A stretch of DNA of 64,000 nt. Origin: Chara braunii. Taxonomy: Eukaryota; Plantae; Charophyceae. Position 1 is the stretch's first letter; every line of letters begins with the position of its first letter. Where the stretch lies: NCBI GenBank assembly GCA_003427395.1, contig BFEA01000012.1, positions 4,272,483 through 4,336,482 of the forward strand. The letters run 5' to 3'. The translations under genes were made by a program, and so were the position numbers. The notes under the pieces are model-generated. The model was not told the origin of the DNA and ran no database searches. It saw only the letters and a program-made list of their open reading frames with translations. This document shows, one piece after another, positions 12,349 through 24,100 of this stretch.

Positions 12349-14682
12349 CCAGGAGAGAGAGAACAATCCACAAGGTGGAAAAGGAAACCTGGGTGGTGCG
12401 GACCTTTGCAGGTGTACCGCCCTCCAGTCGTAAATCGGCCGCGAAGTTTAAGTATGTGTATGCCCGCGAGGACCCGAGAGGGGGTAAGCAGTGCCCAGAA
12501 GGAGTGGTCCGGGGCACTGTGGAAAGGCCACTGCAGCAGCCCATCTGTGGAACCCCTCTCCACGTCGATCACAAAAGTTCTCTTTTGAAAAATTGCTATT
12601 ACCGCCAGTGGCCGCATCGAGCCCAGTCCACAAAGGCCCACGCTAAGCGTCACGGTTGCAAAAGGCCACGTTGCGACCGACTGCCTGTGTGAGAGCTGGT
12701 TGTTCGAGGTCGAGGTGGTAGTGAACTCCGCCTGGACAGAACGAGAGGGGGAGGCTGGGACGGAGCCAGCCCGTGCAAATCGTTCGTCGAGCTTGGGCAT
12801 AGGCGGCGAGAGACTACTAGAGCCAACCTGTAACAGTTCTGAAGTTTCCCTCAGGATCGCTGGAGCTATTGAACAGTTACCCGTCCGCAGTGTGGCCTGT
12901 CGCCGACAGAGTATGGCGTGGGCATCGAAGGGACGAGAGGAACGACTACGAAGACAAGGTGTGACTGCGCACAATAAGAAGGTTGTGTCTAGGCGCATAC
13001 GGGAAGTAGAGGGCAACGAAAAATACTGTGGCGGAGGACCAGAGAAACAGATGAGGAGTCGGAATGAATGAACCTAGGCGGGATCCGCGCCCAGGTGCAT
13101 TCGGAAGTGAGGATGAAGATGGCGGAGTTGAACGGGGGCATGACGGGAAGAGAATTCGAGTTCTCACCCGATTCTTGACGAAATCGGGTGAACCGAAGTT
13201 GGAAGTTGGGGGTTTCAGGGCGGGCGACCCAGGATTTGTGACCGAGTTACTGTGAAAGTTAGTGTACGCGTAGGTTAGTAAGGAAAGATGTGCGCTAAGG
13301 CAACGGGATTATGATTATGATGAGAGGGAAGATTGCTTAGTTCAACCGTTTCTTGATAGAAACGGGCGAACTAAGATTCGTTTCGGGGGTTTTCGTGACA
13401 AACGAGTCTGATAATGAAGTTAACTTTAGAGGAAAACGACTAAGGTAGGAGCTACGACGAAAACGACGTGCACGAAGATGAAGAAGTGAGAGATTATGGC
13501 TGGAGTATGAATCAAGATTTTGCTCAATCCTTCATGAAATTGAGCGAGCAAAAAAAAGAAAGATATGGGTTTTCGATCATTATGAATTGAATGGCGGAGT
13601 CAACTTGAGTATTGGGTTAGTAGAATAGAGAGTAAATAGAAAATTGGGCTGCGCAAGGCTATCGGAGAGGATGCACATGGTCGGACGAAAAGGAAATAAC
13701 CCGTCCGTTTCTCGACGAGATCGGGTGAGGAAAGTCGTTGAACAAAAGTTTTGGGTTGCTGTCAGTTGGACGGTAGCATCGGTTCTGACTAAGAAGCAAC
13801 AGTTTTGTCGGCATAACTATCAGGTGCTGCGCCCGGGAATGGTTTAAAGAAGTAATGAATCTTTTCAATTTTTGTGAAAGATTCATACGGATTTTACTAT
13901 CCTATCGATGGAAGTGGTATCGGGCCACCTGCGAGATTGGAGATCTACTTGTTTGTGTAGCCCAATACGTGCGGCCTTCTGCACAAGTGAATCTCCCCAA
14001 CTTCCAGTAGAAGGGACAAATTGTCGAATCGAGGCCCCGCTACTGCATAGGTTGGTAGTCCTGCGGGTGCTAACTCGGTCCAGCCTGCTTCTGCTCGTAG
14101 CTGTGGTTGATGGAGTTATGCTCAATACTATTTTAAACCCGGTTGGTAGGTTGGCCAGATGCATGCAAGGTTTGGGAAGGAGAGGCCGGGCTTATTGTAG
14201 ACAGAACAGATGTATCGAAAGTTGACATGCTATGCCAGATTGCGCGTCAACAAGGAATAACAAGGAATAATGAAGGTCTGAGTGAGTCAGTTTTGTTTTT
14301 GGCAGGATGGACTGGCCACGCATGAAAAGAGTGGTGGACTAAAGGGAGAGGGTAAGAATCATTATGGTACTTGGCTGTGTTTCAGCGGAAGGTTCATCCG
14401 GTCACATACAACAGGTAAGGGCGCCGTAGAGGTTGGAGTCTCACTGATTGCGAGTGTGGCCGTGCCTAATAGTATTGTTGTCTGTTCATACCAACACTGC
14501 GTTCTGATAGGAAATAAGAGGATTGTACGAAGAGGACAAAAAAAAAAAAAAAAGGAGTTCAAGAGGGAGTGAGCCGACGGTGCAAGGAAGGGGACTCTTT
14601 GCTTCGAGTTTGGAGGATCGTCAGGAGGGTTAACTGTTGGCAATCGACTTCAGTTTGAACAGACTGCTGCGCATTCTGGCTG

Positions 14683-14940
14683 CCATTGCGGGGCCCTCGG
14701 GCGTATCCAGATATCAAGGCCCTCTCCTGGGAGTTGAGTTTGTCCCCGTCCTGTATCTCGAGAGTCTGAAACCCCTACTTTTGCCCTTCTTACTCTAAGG
14801 CTAATCGAGTTATGAGAGGAAGGCGGTATTGCAACCCGTAGGACTGCAACAAGACTTTGTGGGAGTCAGTCCACCGATTGCGGGAGCTCTGCCGGAACTC
14901 AGGAGGAGTTGTAGAGGCAGGGAACTGAAAGGTAACCATC
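14683..14940 (+). other. Conserved structured block of the large element ending in AG|GT(A) (copy A; homologues at 41425-41690 and 51803-52045)
   Basis: Conserved in all three complete copies while the upstream 2-3 kb is not readily alignable. Stems cctctc/gagagg and ctctgcc/ggcaggg. Confidence 0.65.
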
Positions 14941-15194
14941 AATTTCTTTCTATAAACCCTGTTATAACCCCTAACTGTTTTCATGACTATGTTTTGACTG
15001 AGTATACTGAGTGCACCCCTACTTTAAATTTTACGTTTGACTTTCATGACAAACCAGACATAATTAAAGGAATGATTGTGCAAGCTGCAATTTCAGTTTT
15101 TGTTTGTCTGACTGAAAGCAGATTGTGAGATTGCATCTGGGGGAAAGGTGGGGGGAAGACAGTTTTGCTTGTGTTTGACTAGGTCAACCAAAGA

Positions 15195-15722
15195 CTGGGA
15201 GAGTCTCCATAAGATTGGAGGACCCAGCGCTATGTTTATTTTTGATTGCCTAAAGGACCAGACAGGTTCCCATAAGATTGGGTGGTCTGATTGCTTTGAC
15301 TTGCAAGGGTTGTCCGTGCTTGATTTTCAAGGACCAAACATTTTTCCATAAGATTGGATGGTTTGGTCGCCTTGTTTTCTTTGGGGTTTCTTATGCTTTG
15401 TTAGTTTCTGAAGGGGAGTTAGGCACGTTCCATAAGATTGGATAACCCTAACTCTCTTTTGTTTCATTTCCGAGGAAGAAATTCAGGCAAAGGACTGGAC
15501 AGGTTCCCATAAGATTGGGTGGTCTGGTCTGGAGCCACGTACATGCTGGAACAAAAATGCTAAATTTGTTTATATCTTATATTACTTACTTATGAACAGG
15601 CTATTCAGACATTTTTCTATAAAATTGGATGGTCATACTATAACTTATCACCCACTAAAAGAGTATGAATTAAGAATAAAAATTCTGGTAAGAAGGGACA
15701 GGCTGAATCTTGATCTAAGATG
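15195..15722 (+). repeat. Array of stem-loops with TAAGAT loop (copy A)
   Basis: Loops at 15210, 15273, 15349, 15433, 15510, ~15620 (decayed) and 15716 (split by an insertion), plus one on the minus strand near 19660. Outer stems differ but pair (gaccaaac/gtttggtc, gagttagg/cctaactc). Confidence 0.8.
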
Positions 15723-16170
15723 CACAAGTGGTTAACGACCTACTGAAATTTTAAAATGAAAGATTCTGAAGTCTGTTAGCAGAGGTATGAAATCGGTGAA
15801 ATGGCATTAAGACACTTCATGTCATTTCAGGAGATTCAGGTGGTTTGAAAGTCAGATTTTATGTTTATTTTTCGTTTTGTTTTTTTTTTCGCCTATTTTT
15901 GTTTTGGTTCAACCATCAATGTTGTTGTGTGCCACTTGAGGTCATTTCAGGAGTTTCGGGAGGAGCCTGAAACCTCTGAAATGACCTGAAGTGGCTGAAG
16001 CTTCTGAAAGCGGTTTCAGATCTCCTATCCAAATTTTTGGATTGGGGCATATTAAACTTTTTTCAGACTTTCAGCCACTTCAAGTCATTTCAGGAGTTTC
16101 GGGTGGGGAGACCTGAAATCACTGAAATGACCTGAAGCGGCTGAAGCTTCTGAAAGTGGTTTCAGGTCCT
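15723..16170. mobile_element. Left piece of a satellite-containing insertion with 8-bp duplication CTAAGATG
   Basis: CTAAGATG at 15715-15722 and its reverse complement at 19843-19850. It contains the 148-bp repeat in the opposite orientation to 19905-21146. Confidence 0.7.
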
Positions 16171-16694
16171 TCGTTTTTTGAGAGCCTGTTCTCTCTCTCT
16201 GTGATCATGATTGACGTCTGATTGTAACCGCCTAGCGGTCCTGGTCCCTCTGTCGCCTCGAGTTGGCCTCTGGGCCGCTTTCCACAGGCTCAGTCGGCAG
16301 GTGGTCCCTCCGCCACTGGTCCAACCCGTGCCAACACAGAGTCTTCGCTGCGCTCATTTCGCTCTGCCCCCCGAGTGCCTGTCTAGGTAAGCATGTTCTC
16401 ATTCTGTAGTATCGGTGGAGGTCTCCACCTCATGGTACTTGATTGTTACTTGGACCTCAGTCATGACGTTGTCTCACCGACACCTCCGCTTGGCTTTGTC
16501 TTTTGCTTCAGTCACGACTGTCTGCAGTTTCTGATCCGCTCTCATCTCTTCCTCCCTAGCCCCCTCGAAGTTGATCATTAACTTGACCTTTTCTCCCCCG
16601 TCATAGTTGAGCATCGAGGTAATCCACGGTCCCTGCCTTGACATCGGTCTCCAACGCGTTATGAGGTTTCAATAGTCTGACCTATACTAGCCGT

Positions 16695-17820
16695 TGCCGA
16701 GCGCATCGGTCCGGCACCACACAAAACGGGGCGGGACCCTCCCGGTCGCGTCACACAGGAGTTGGTCTTATCCTCGTTGTGAATACATAATGGAGCTTCC
16801 ACAAGCCGCTACGGCCGAGTGCGCCAGCCATACCTCTCGCTAACCCCTATGACAGGATAAGACCTATGCAAGGCGCGACTTACCTCCACCTTACAGGAGT
16901 TGTCACCTCTCTTTCATGGGCGTATCCCCACCGAGCTACCAGTCCACGGTACGAAAGCTAATTAGTTGCAATCGCAAAGGTGGACCATCCGATGGCGTTT
17001 CTCGTACGTTGTAGCATAGGGGGTACGCACGGTTTTACTTCTCTATCGGACCTGCACGCAAACCGACATCTTGGGGGGCTGAGGTCCCAAGCGCGACTCG
17101 TCGTTGGTCGACTAGAACGCATCCCACAAACAACGCGTACTCCACTCTAAAAAACATAAAAATAAAAGCACACACACATACGCAGACATAAAAAGACACA
17201 GAACAAGCAACGTGACAACACTCTTAGTCCCTTAGTAACCATCTCATAACTCTCCGACGTGGAAATCAGATAGGCGTCGCGCGCGAGACTTAGTATAAAA
17301 TCGCGCGGGCGAGGGTCTCCCCATATCGACTAGCAATGCATGAATACGTAAGCAATCGTAATGGCGTACTATGTAGTATCCATAATCAAGCGGTCCCTTG
17401 TGGATCCAAGTACCGCTTATGACACTCAAGTGTCAGACTCGAAGTATCGTGAAGGTCTACACCTTCACGATATTGCACGGATGAAGGAATAGTTGTGCGA
17501 CCACCGCGGCACCTCCGGTTTTTAGGCTAAGTGTCCCGGTAGGTAGGGCAAATAGGCTTTGCGCGGGGGGAGATCCCTATCATGCAGAGTCGAGGACCTG
17601 GGATGTCATAGACAAGGACCTCGAATCAAGGCCCAGGACCAACGTCCGACTAAAAAATCTTTAAGAAGCATACAACAAATAGGGTTTTTTTTTTTCCTTT
17701 CTCAATCTCAACCTCAATTAAACTCTTAAGTGTAGGCCCCTCAGGCCATGTGAACACCCAATATAGGTTCATATATATATATATATATGCCTATGGTTTA
17801 CCGGGCAGTTCTGTTTGTGA

Positions 17821-17866
<46 letters not shown>

Positions 17867-19850
17867 AAGGGAATAAGTATGTGACGATCACTTCTCACAA
17901 TCACAACGGGGACTTCTCACAGCCATATATATGTCTGTGATTGCAGACAGTTAAATCCAAAATCCGAACTACAGAACATACCTGCAATCACATCAAAGAG
18001 TCAACAAAAAGTCCACGCACTACAGAGAGTCAACTTCAACCAATCTCTATACTCATACCCCTCGCTTTAGTCATGCAAGCCCCAACCTTCCATAATTAAA
18101 TACTTAGTACCTTTGTTAAATGGCCATTCAATAAAAGTCCGGGTGAAAATCTTAATAAAACAAAAAAAATCACCAGGGCTAAAGCCTTTTTAGGTTGAGT
18201 ATTGAGAATGAATTGGAGTTGAGTCGTAAACCAACGAATCGGCAACCGACTTGTTATCAGTGATAACAGAAGGTGATCCTTATAGGATCAAGCTGAATCT
18301 AGTCTTGATTTCGAATCAAACGTTTAAGAGGACCTGTAACACAAGACAAACAAATCCCCAAGCTAAATCTATGATTCCAAATCGAGAGTAATCTTCATAT
18401 CACGATTTCACAAAGGATCATTCTACTTAATTAATCTTGAGTCTACCCCTAAGTCAGTCCCTAATGAAAAGGTAGACCTTTAACAGAATCTTCTCTATAC
18501 AGAATGGATTGTCTAATCTAACTCCTCTAAACTAATAAAATTTCGGTAGCGCTTCTTGTAGGAAAAGTGTCTTTCCATAATTTATAATAACTCAAATATG
18601 AAAACAAAATTCAAACTCTAATTCTGGAAAGCCAAATTTTGTTTAATTCCCTGACTTAGTAAAAATTTGGGCATCATCTCCTTTAGAAAGGTAAACTTAT
18701 TAGATTTATACGAAGTCAGATAGAAACTCAAAAGTTATACTTGATTTCGATTTCAAGACAAAATTTAACTAACTCGTTAGATTTGTAGAAATTTTGGCAA
18801 CACTTCCTGTAGAGAAAGTGTTATTCCAAGATTTATACAGAGCTCGGTTCAGAATCTACGAAATGACTTTGACTTCTCAATGTCCAATTTTGTCAAACTC
18901 CCTGAATTAGTAAAAAAAAATTTGAGTAGCAGCTCCTTTAGAAAGGTAAACTTCCCAGATTTATACTAAGTCGGATAGGAACTCAAAAGTTAGACTTCAG
19001 TTCGACTTCAAGATAAAATTAAAAGACAAAATTTAACTAACTCCTTAGATTTGTAGAAATTTCGGCAGTGCTTCCCGTAGAGAAAGTGTTATTCCAAGAT
19101 TTATACAAAGCTAAGTTCAGAATTTACAAAATGACTTTGACTTCTCAAGGTCCAATTTTGTTTAACTCTCCGAATGAGCAAAAATTTGGGCAGCATTCCC
19201 TTTAGAAAAGAAGGCTTTCCATATTTTTATTGTGCCAAAAAGTCAGAAAAACTGGACCTTGGAAAAGACAAAATATGACTAACTCCTTGGTTTTGTAGAA
19301 ATTTCGGCAGCGCTTCCCGTAGAGAAAAAGGCTTACCAAGGTTTATACAAGATCAAGTATTAATAAATGATCCTAGAAAATGCAGGAATCGACCTAAGTA
19401 AAAATAAACTTAGCTCATAAAATGCAGGAATTGAAACTAACTCCTACGACTCTAGCACGTGGCGAGCAACTAAAGCAACTACCTATCAAACAAAAACTCA
19501 GACTAAGTAGTAACCTCACTCAGTCACATGCAGGTCAAAACCACGAAGGTAAGTACTCTCACCAGCCCAAAGGTCAACCTTATCAAACAATAGTTCATGA
19601 TCTTTCAATGATTTATTCCTTTATACCCAGCTTACATAAGGCATAAAGTTAGACCACCTAATCTTATGGGAACCTATCTAGCTTGGCCATAGAATATACA
19701 CAAACACAGAGCACTACAATTTTTTTCTTTTTTGGGCATATCACTAGGTTAGCCAGCCTAGTCGCCCTGGACCATTTAAGTATCAAAGTTATATATAAAT
19801 GTCTGCACTTTGTTTTTTAAGGCAACATATGACTGAACCGGTCATCTTAG
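16695..19850 (-). mobile_element. Large element copy A, 3' part (inverted)
   Basis: Terminus tgccgagcgcatcggtccggcacc. It matches the reverse complement of 42620-44700 and 45210-45952, and rejoins the 5' part through the CTAAGATG duplication. Confidence 0.85.
18530..19350 (-). repeat. ~240-270-bp internal tandem subrepeat of the large element (4 units; homologues at 43150-43700 and 53320-53620)
   Basis: The motif gaaatttcggcagcgcttcc(c/t)gtagagaaa recurs at ~18540, 18790, 19058 and 19298. Confidence 0.8.
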
Positions 19851-19904
19851 GAGAGAAAGTTAATAACTCGTAATATTTCCAAGTCCTTTTTCAGCCCCCC
19901 ATAC

Positions 19905-21146
19905 TATACCCATCCAAGCATTTGAACGGGGGAACCTGAAACCACTTTCAGAAGCTTCAACCACTTCAGATTATTTCAGAGGTTTGAGGTCTCTCCATCT
20001 GGAACTCCTGAAATGATATGAAGTGGCTGAAAATCAGAAAGCAGTTTCAGATCCCCCCATCCAAACATTTGGACGGGGGAACCTGAAACCTGTTTCAGAA
20101 GCTTCAGCCACTTCAAATCATTTCAGAGGTTTTAGGTCTCCCCACCCTAAACTCCTGAAATTATCCGAAGCCGCTGAAAATCTGAAAATGGTTTCAGATG
20201 CCCCCATCCAAGCATTTGGATGGGAGGACCTGAAAGTACTTTCAGAAGTTTCAGCCACTTCAGATCATTTCATAGGTTTCAGGTCCCTCCATATGAAACT
20301 CCTGAAATAATATGAAGTGGCTGAAGCTTCTAAAAGTGGTTTCATGTCCCCCCATCCAAGCATTTGGACGGGGGGATCTGAAACTGTTTTCAGAAGCTTC
20401 CGCCACTTCATATCATTTCAGAGGTTTCATGTCACCCCACCTGAAACTCCTGAATGGAGAGAAGGTTATCCATCTGAAACTCCTGAAATGATCTGAAGTG
20501 GCTGAAAATATGAAAGCAGTTTCAAGTCCCCCCATCCAAGCATTTGGACGGGGGGACCTGAAACCTCTTTCAAAAGCTTCAGCCACTTCAAATCATTTCA
20601 GAGGTTTCAGGCCTCCCCACCCGAAACTCCTGAAATGATTTGAAGTTGCTGAAAATCTGAAAGCGGTTTCAGATACCCGCATCCAAGCATTTGGATGGGG
20701 GGACCTGAAACCACTTTTAGAAGCTTCAGCCACTTCATATCATTTCAGAGGTTTCAGATCTCTCCATCTAAAACTCCTGAAATAATATGAAGTGGCTGAA
20801 GCTTCTGAAAGCGGTTTCATGTCCCGCCATCCAAGCATTTGGACGAGGGGGACCTGACATTGTTTTCAGAAGCTTCAGCCACTTCATATCATTTCAGAGG
20901 TTATAGGTCTCCCCACCTGAAACTCCTGAAATGATCTGAAGTGGCTGAAAATGTGAAAGCGGTTTCAGATGTCCCCATCCAACCATTTGGATAAGGGGAC
21001 CTGAAACTATTTTCAGAAGCTTCAGCCACTTCTAATCATTTCAGATGTTTCAGGTCTCTCTATCTGAAACTCCTGAAACGATATGAAGTGGCTGAAGCTT
21101 CTAAAAGCAGTTTCAGGTCCCCCCATCCAAGCATTTGAACGGGGGG
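19905..21146. repeat. Palindromic ~148-bp satellite, about 8.4 units
   Basis: catccaa(g/a/c)ca recurs at 19911, 20058, 20205, 20353, 20533, 20680, 20829, 20977 and 21125. Each unit has two ~60-bp inverted arms. Confidence 0.92.
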
Positions 21147-24100
21147 AGAGGTTTTTCAGCCATGTGCTTGGTTGAGAGGGGATCCTTTCTTCTTTCGTCC
21201 TTGTCGCAATGGGAATGCGCATTCGTCTTCTCGATTCGTGTCTAGCGACTCAACTTTCTTGAATAAGCGCATGAGGAAAGGACTTGCATGCATGCTCTGA
21301 GCACTCCATGCTCAATCAACGTGACAACGCTCTAGCCATTACGTGTGTGTGAGGGAGAGGGACTAAGGAAGAGCAGGTCGAAATCTAGCACATGAGAGGG
21401 GATGGAGTTCATTTTTACTGCTAACGTTTTGAATAATCACGTGGAACGTGTCTCTCCGCCTCAGGAGTAATGAAGTCGACAGTGAAAACTCTACGCTGAG
21501 CCTATGCAAGGCAACCCAAGTGGCGGGTCGGAGTCTACTAGGCAGATGCAGTCAAGAGACACGCGTCACATATAGGGAGGGAGACTAGGTTTAAAAAGAC
21601 TCGACGGGCGCTACTCCGCTGATGCATATATCATGCCCCGACGATGATCTTTTGGGTCATCTTCACCATAAACAGGATCTACTAGCGCATGGAACTATTA
21701 CTATCGCCATATTTTAGTTTTTTTTGAACAGGTGGATGAAAAAAACTTTGCGCACGTGCTTTGTGTATTTTGTATCTGACTGGTTTGGCATTGCACTATT
21801 TGCTGTACACTCTGAAAGTTGTATGTGAAGAGAAACCAGTGAGGGAGTGTGTGTGAGTACGCAGTACTCACGAAGAGAGAATTGAAATTTGCGCAAAAAA
21901 TCTGTGAAACCTACACAAGTGCTCTCGTTAGGTACCTTATATTCCCCTGTCGAGGGTTATCTGAACGACACTCGAACAAGATGTCTGCGCAGATAACATG
22001 GACAATTGTATCCCAGTTCTACGATGTGCCGTTTGGTCTCGAACATGTCACCACTCATCAAGCCGAGATGAGAGTTGACAGTGATGCAAGTCACTAGTTG
22101 GTGAAAAATTGTTTTCTCTTTTACGAGATGCACTAGGTACGGTAATAACACAAGTTGTTGATAACCCCCAAGTGATCTGAGAAGTCAAAACTGACATTGG
22201 GCGTTTGATATGAAGATGATTCCGCTAAGGTAGGCGGCTTGACCTTGTGCAATTAACTAGAGTTGCCTGCCCCTATCTATGCAAAGAGTATGACCCTACT
22301 ATGACCTTGAGCTACAACAATTATGAACACAACATCTTAGATGTCGACAAGGGAGGAATCACTTACTAGCTCAAACTCGTAAAAAAAAGGATAATGTGTG
22401 TCAAATTAGCTAACGACATCACGAAATCAAAGGGAGATTCACGATTCGATTATTGTTATTATTATCTAAGCATGTTTGCTACCCAGATGATGCAGTCTTG
22501 TCGGTTGTTGATAATGCAATGAGAGGGGAGACAACGCTACGCTCGACAAAAGATGCGTTTGGTTCTCACTATGTGATTCGGTAGATGGATCTATGTTTTT
22601 TACGCTGTATGCATAAGTATGACAAAGGGGGACTGAAGTCATAAGAGTGGTCAGTCTCAACTTACCTCTTTGGAGGATATGTAACACCTATGAAAGAAAC
22701 TCGTACAATTATATGAGCGTGTGATCTTACGAGTCTACAAATACTCATATGATCGCATGATTGTGCAACCGGATGAGCTCGCGGGCACTCAAGCGGATGA
22801 CTATGCGGTCTATAGATACTTGTGTGACTGCATGAGTGTGGGATCATACTAGCCTATGAATACTAGAATACAAGTGTCGGGGTGACTGTGATCTTTCAAG
22901 ACCCAGTGTCACCGCAGTAGTCTATAAAATCCTGTGTAAACCTGTGAGCGCGCGTTTGAGCCTACAGGCAAGGCTGTTAACTTAATCCGTCATTCTGGCT
23001 GTCTCTAGACGTGTGATTGAGATCAATCTTCTGTGAGTGCCGGATATGAGTAATGAGTCGTAGGGGAAGGAAACGATAGTTAAGAAAAATTATTTATCTA
23101 ATCGTTAAGTTTCTACTTTATGGGGTTTAATATTAGTTGCAATTAATGCTTCGAACACTGAAAGAAATTGATTAGTTTGCCTATGACGGTGATACACTAT
23201 CTATTACGTGGCACTGTATGTTGGGCACTAGCCAAAGACAAAGAAACCTTTATAGCCTTCGATGTTAAAAGGTTTCACGGCTCGGATAAGATTGTGTAAA
23301 GTATTTTGCCTTCCTTTCCGATCGTATTCTTGAGCGTTCTTAAGACCTTTGAGAAGTACGATTCGGTGAAACTTAAGGATGGTCACATAAATGTCAGGAA
23401 ACCCCATGAAATGAGGGCCATGAGCACTCCCAATTTCCCCTAGCTACAAATGAGCGTTTTGTTGCCTAGAAACTGAAGAGGGTGCGCCGTTGGTCTGAAG
23501 CGCTTGTTGCCTAGAAACTGAGGTGGTTTTACCTTCGGTCTCCCTCTGGCCCGCTCTACTAGCGTTTTTCGTTACCTGGGGGCAGGATTGCATTACCCGT
23601 CGTGATCTGATCAGAAGGGGACAAAAATTATATGTATGAAGTCATCGATTCCTAGGTCCCATATCAAAAGCACTAGTGAGAAAACGTAATCAAGACTACG
23701 ATGTTGGGTATGAGCACCTTTCCTCACCTGACTCCAAAAACATGTAAAACGCTCAGAGTAACTTCTCTTTGTATAAGTCTAGCCTAGTGTTGGAAGCTCA
23801 ACCGATGAGTGGTAACTAGGCGCTTGATCCAAAACAACCTGAAAGGCTGAGAGATATTCAGCATACAATCTTCCACCTCTAATAAGCAAGCTACACCCGG
23901 GTTGCCTAAGCTTAGAATTTTCGCACTACCTACTGAGTATTCCGACTGCGGCCACTTCATGAGTGAGCAGAATAGTACTCTGAATTTTCAAGAAACTCAT
24001 CACAAGTTGTTACCCTGAGGAATCAACTCTAGTAGTTATCGGATGGTTTGGGTGGATAGCAGGGTTGTTGAATAAAAATCGAATTGTTGTAATTGTCCAA

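Larger units (their letters stand above)
11415..15722 (+). mobile_element. Large TGTC..GACA element, copy A, 5' part
   Basis: Starts tgtcggtgctaatacccttacaaggg, as at 37591 and 48395. The left flank ACGG matches the ACGG beyond the inverted 3' end at 16695. Confidence 0.85.

Noticed and set aside
15195-15722. Hairpin arrays as CRISPR arrays (also 41946-42865 and 52298-52962)
   Set aside because: The repeats vary in stem sequence, spacing is irregular, spacers are homologous between copies, there are no cas genes and the context is eukaryotic.
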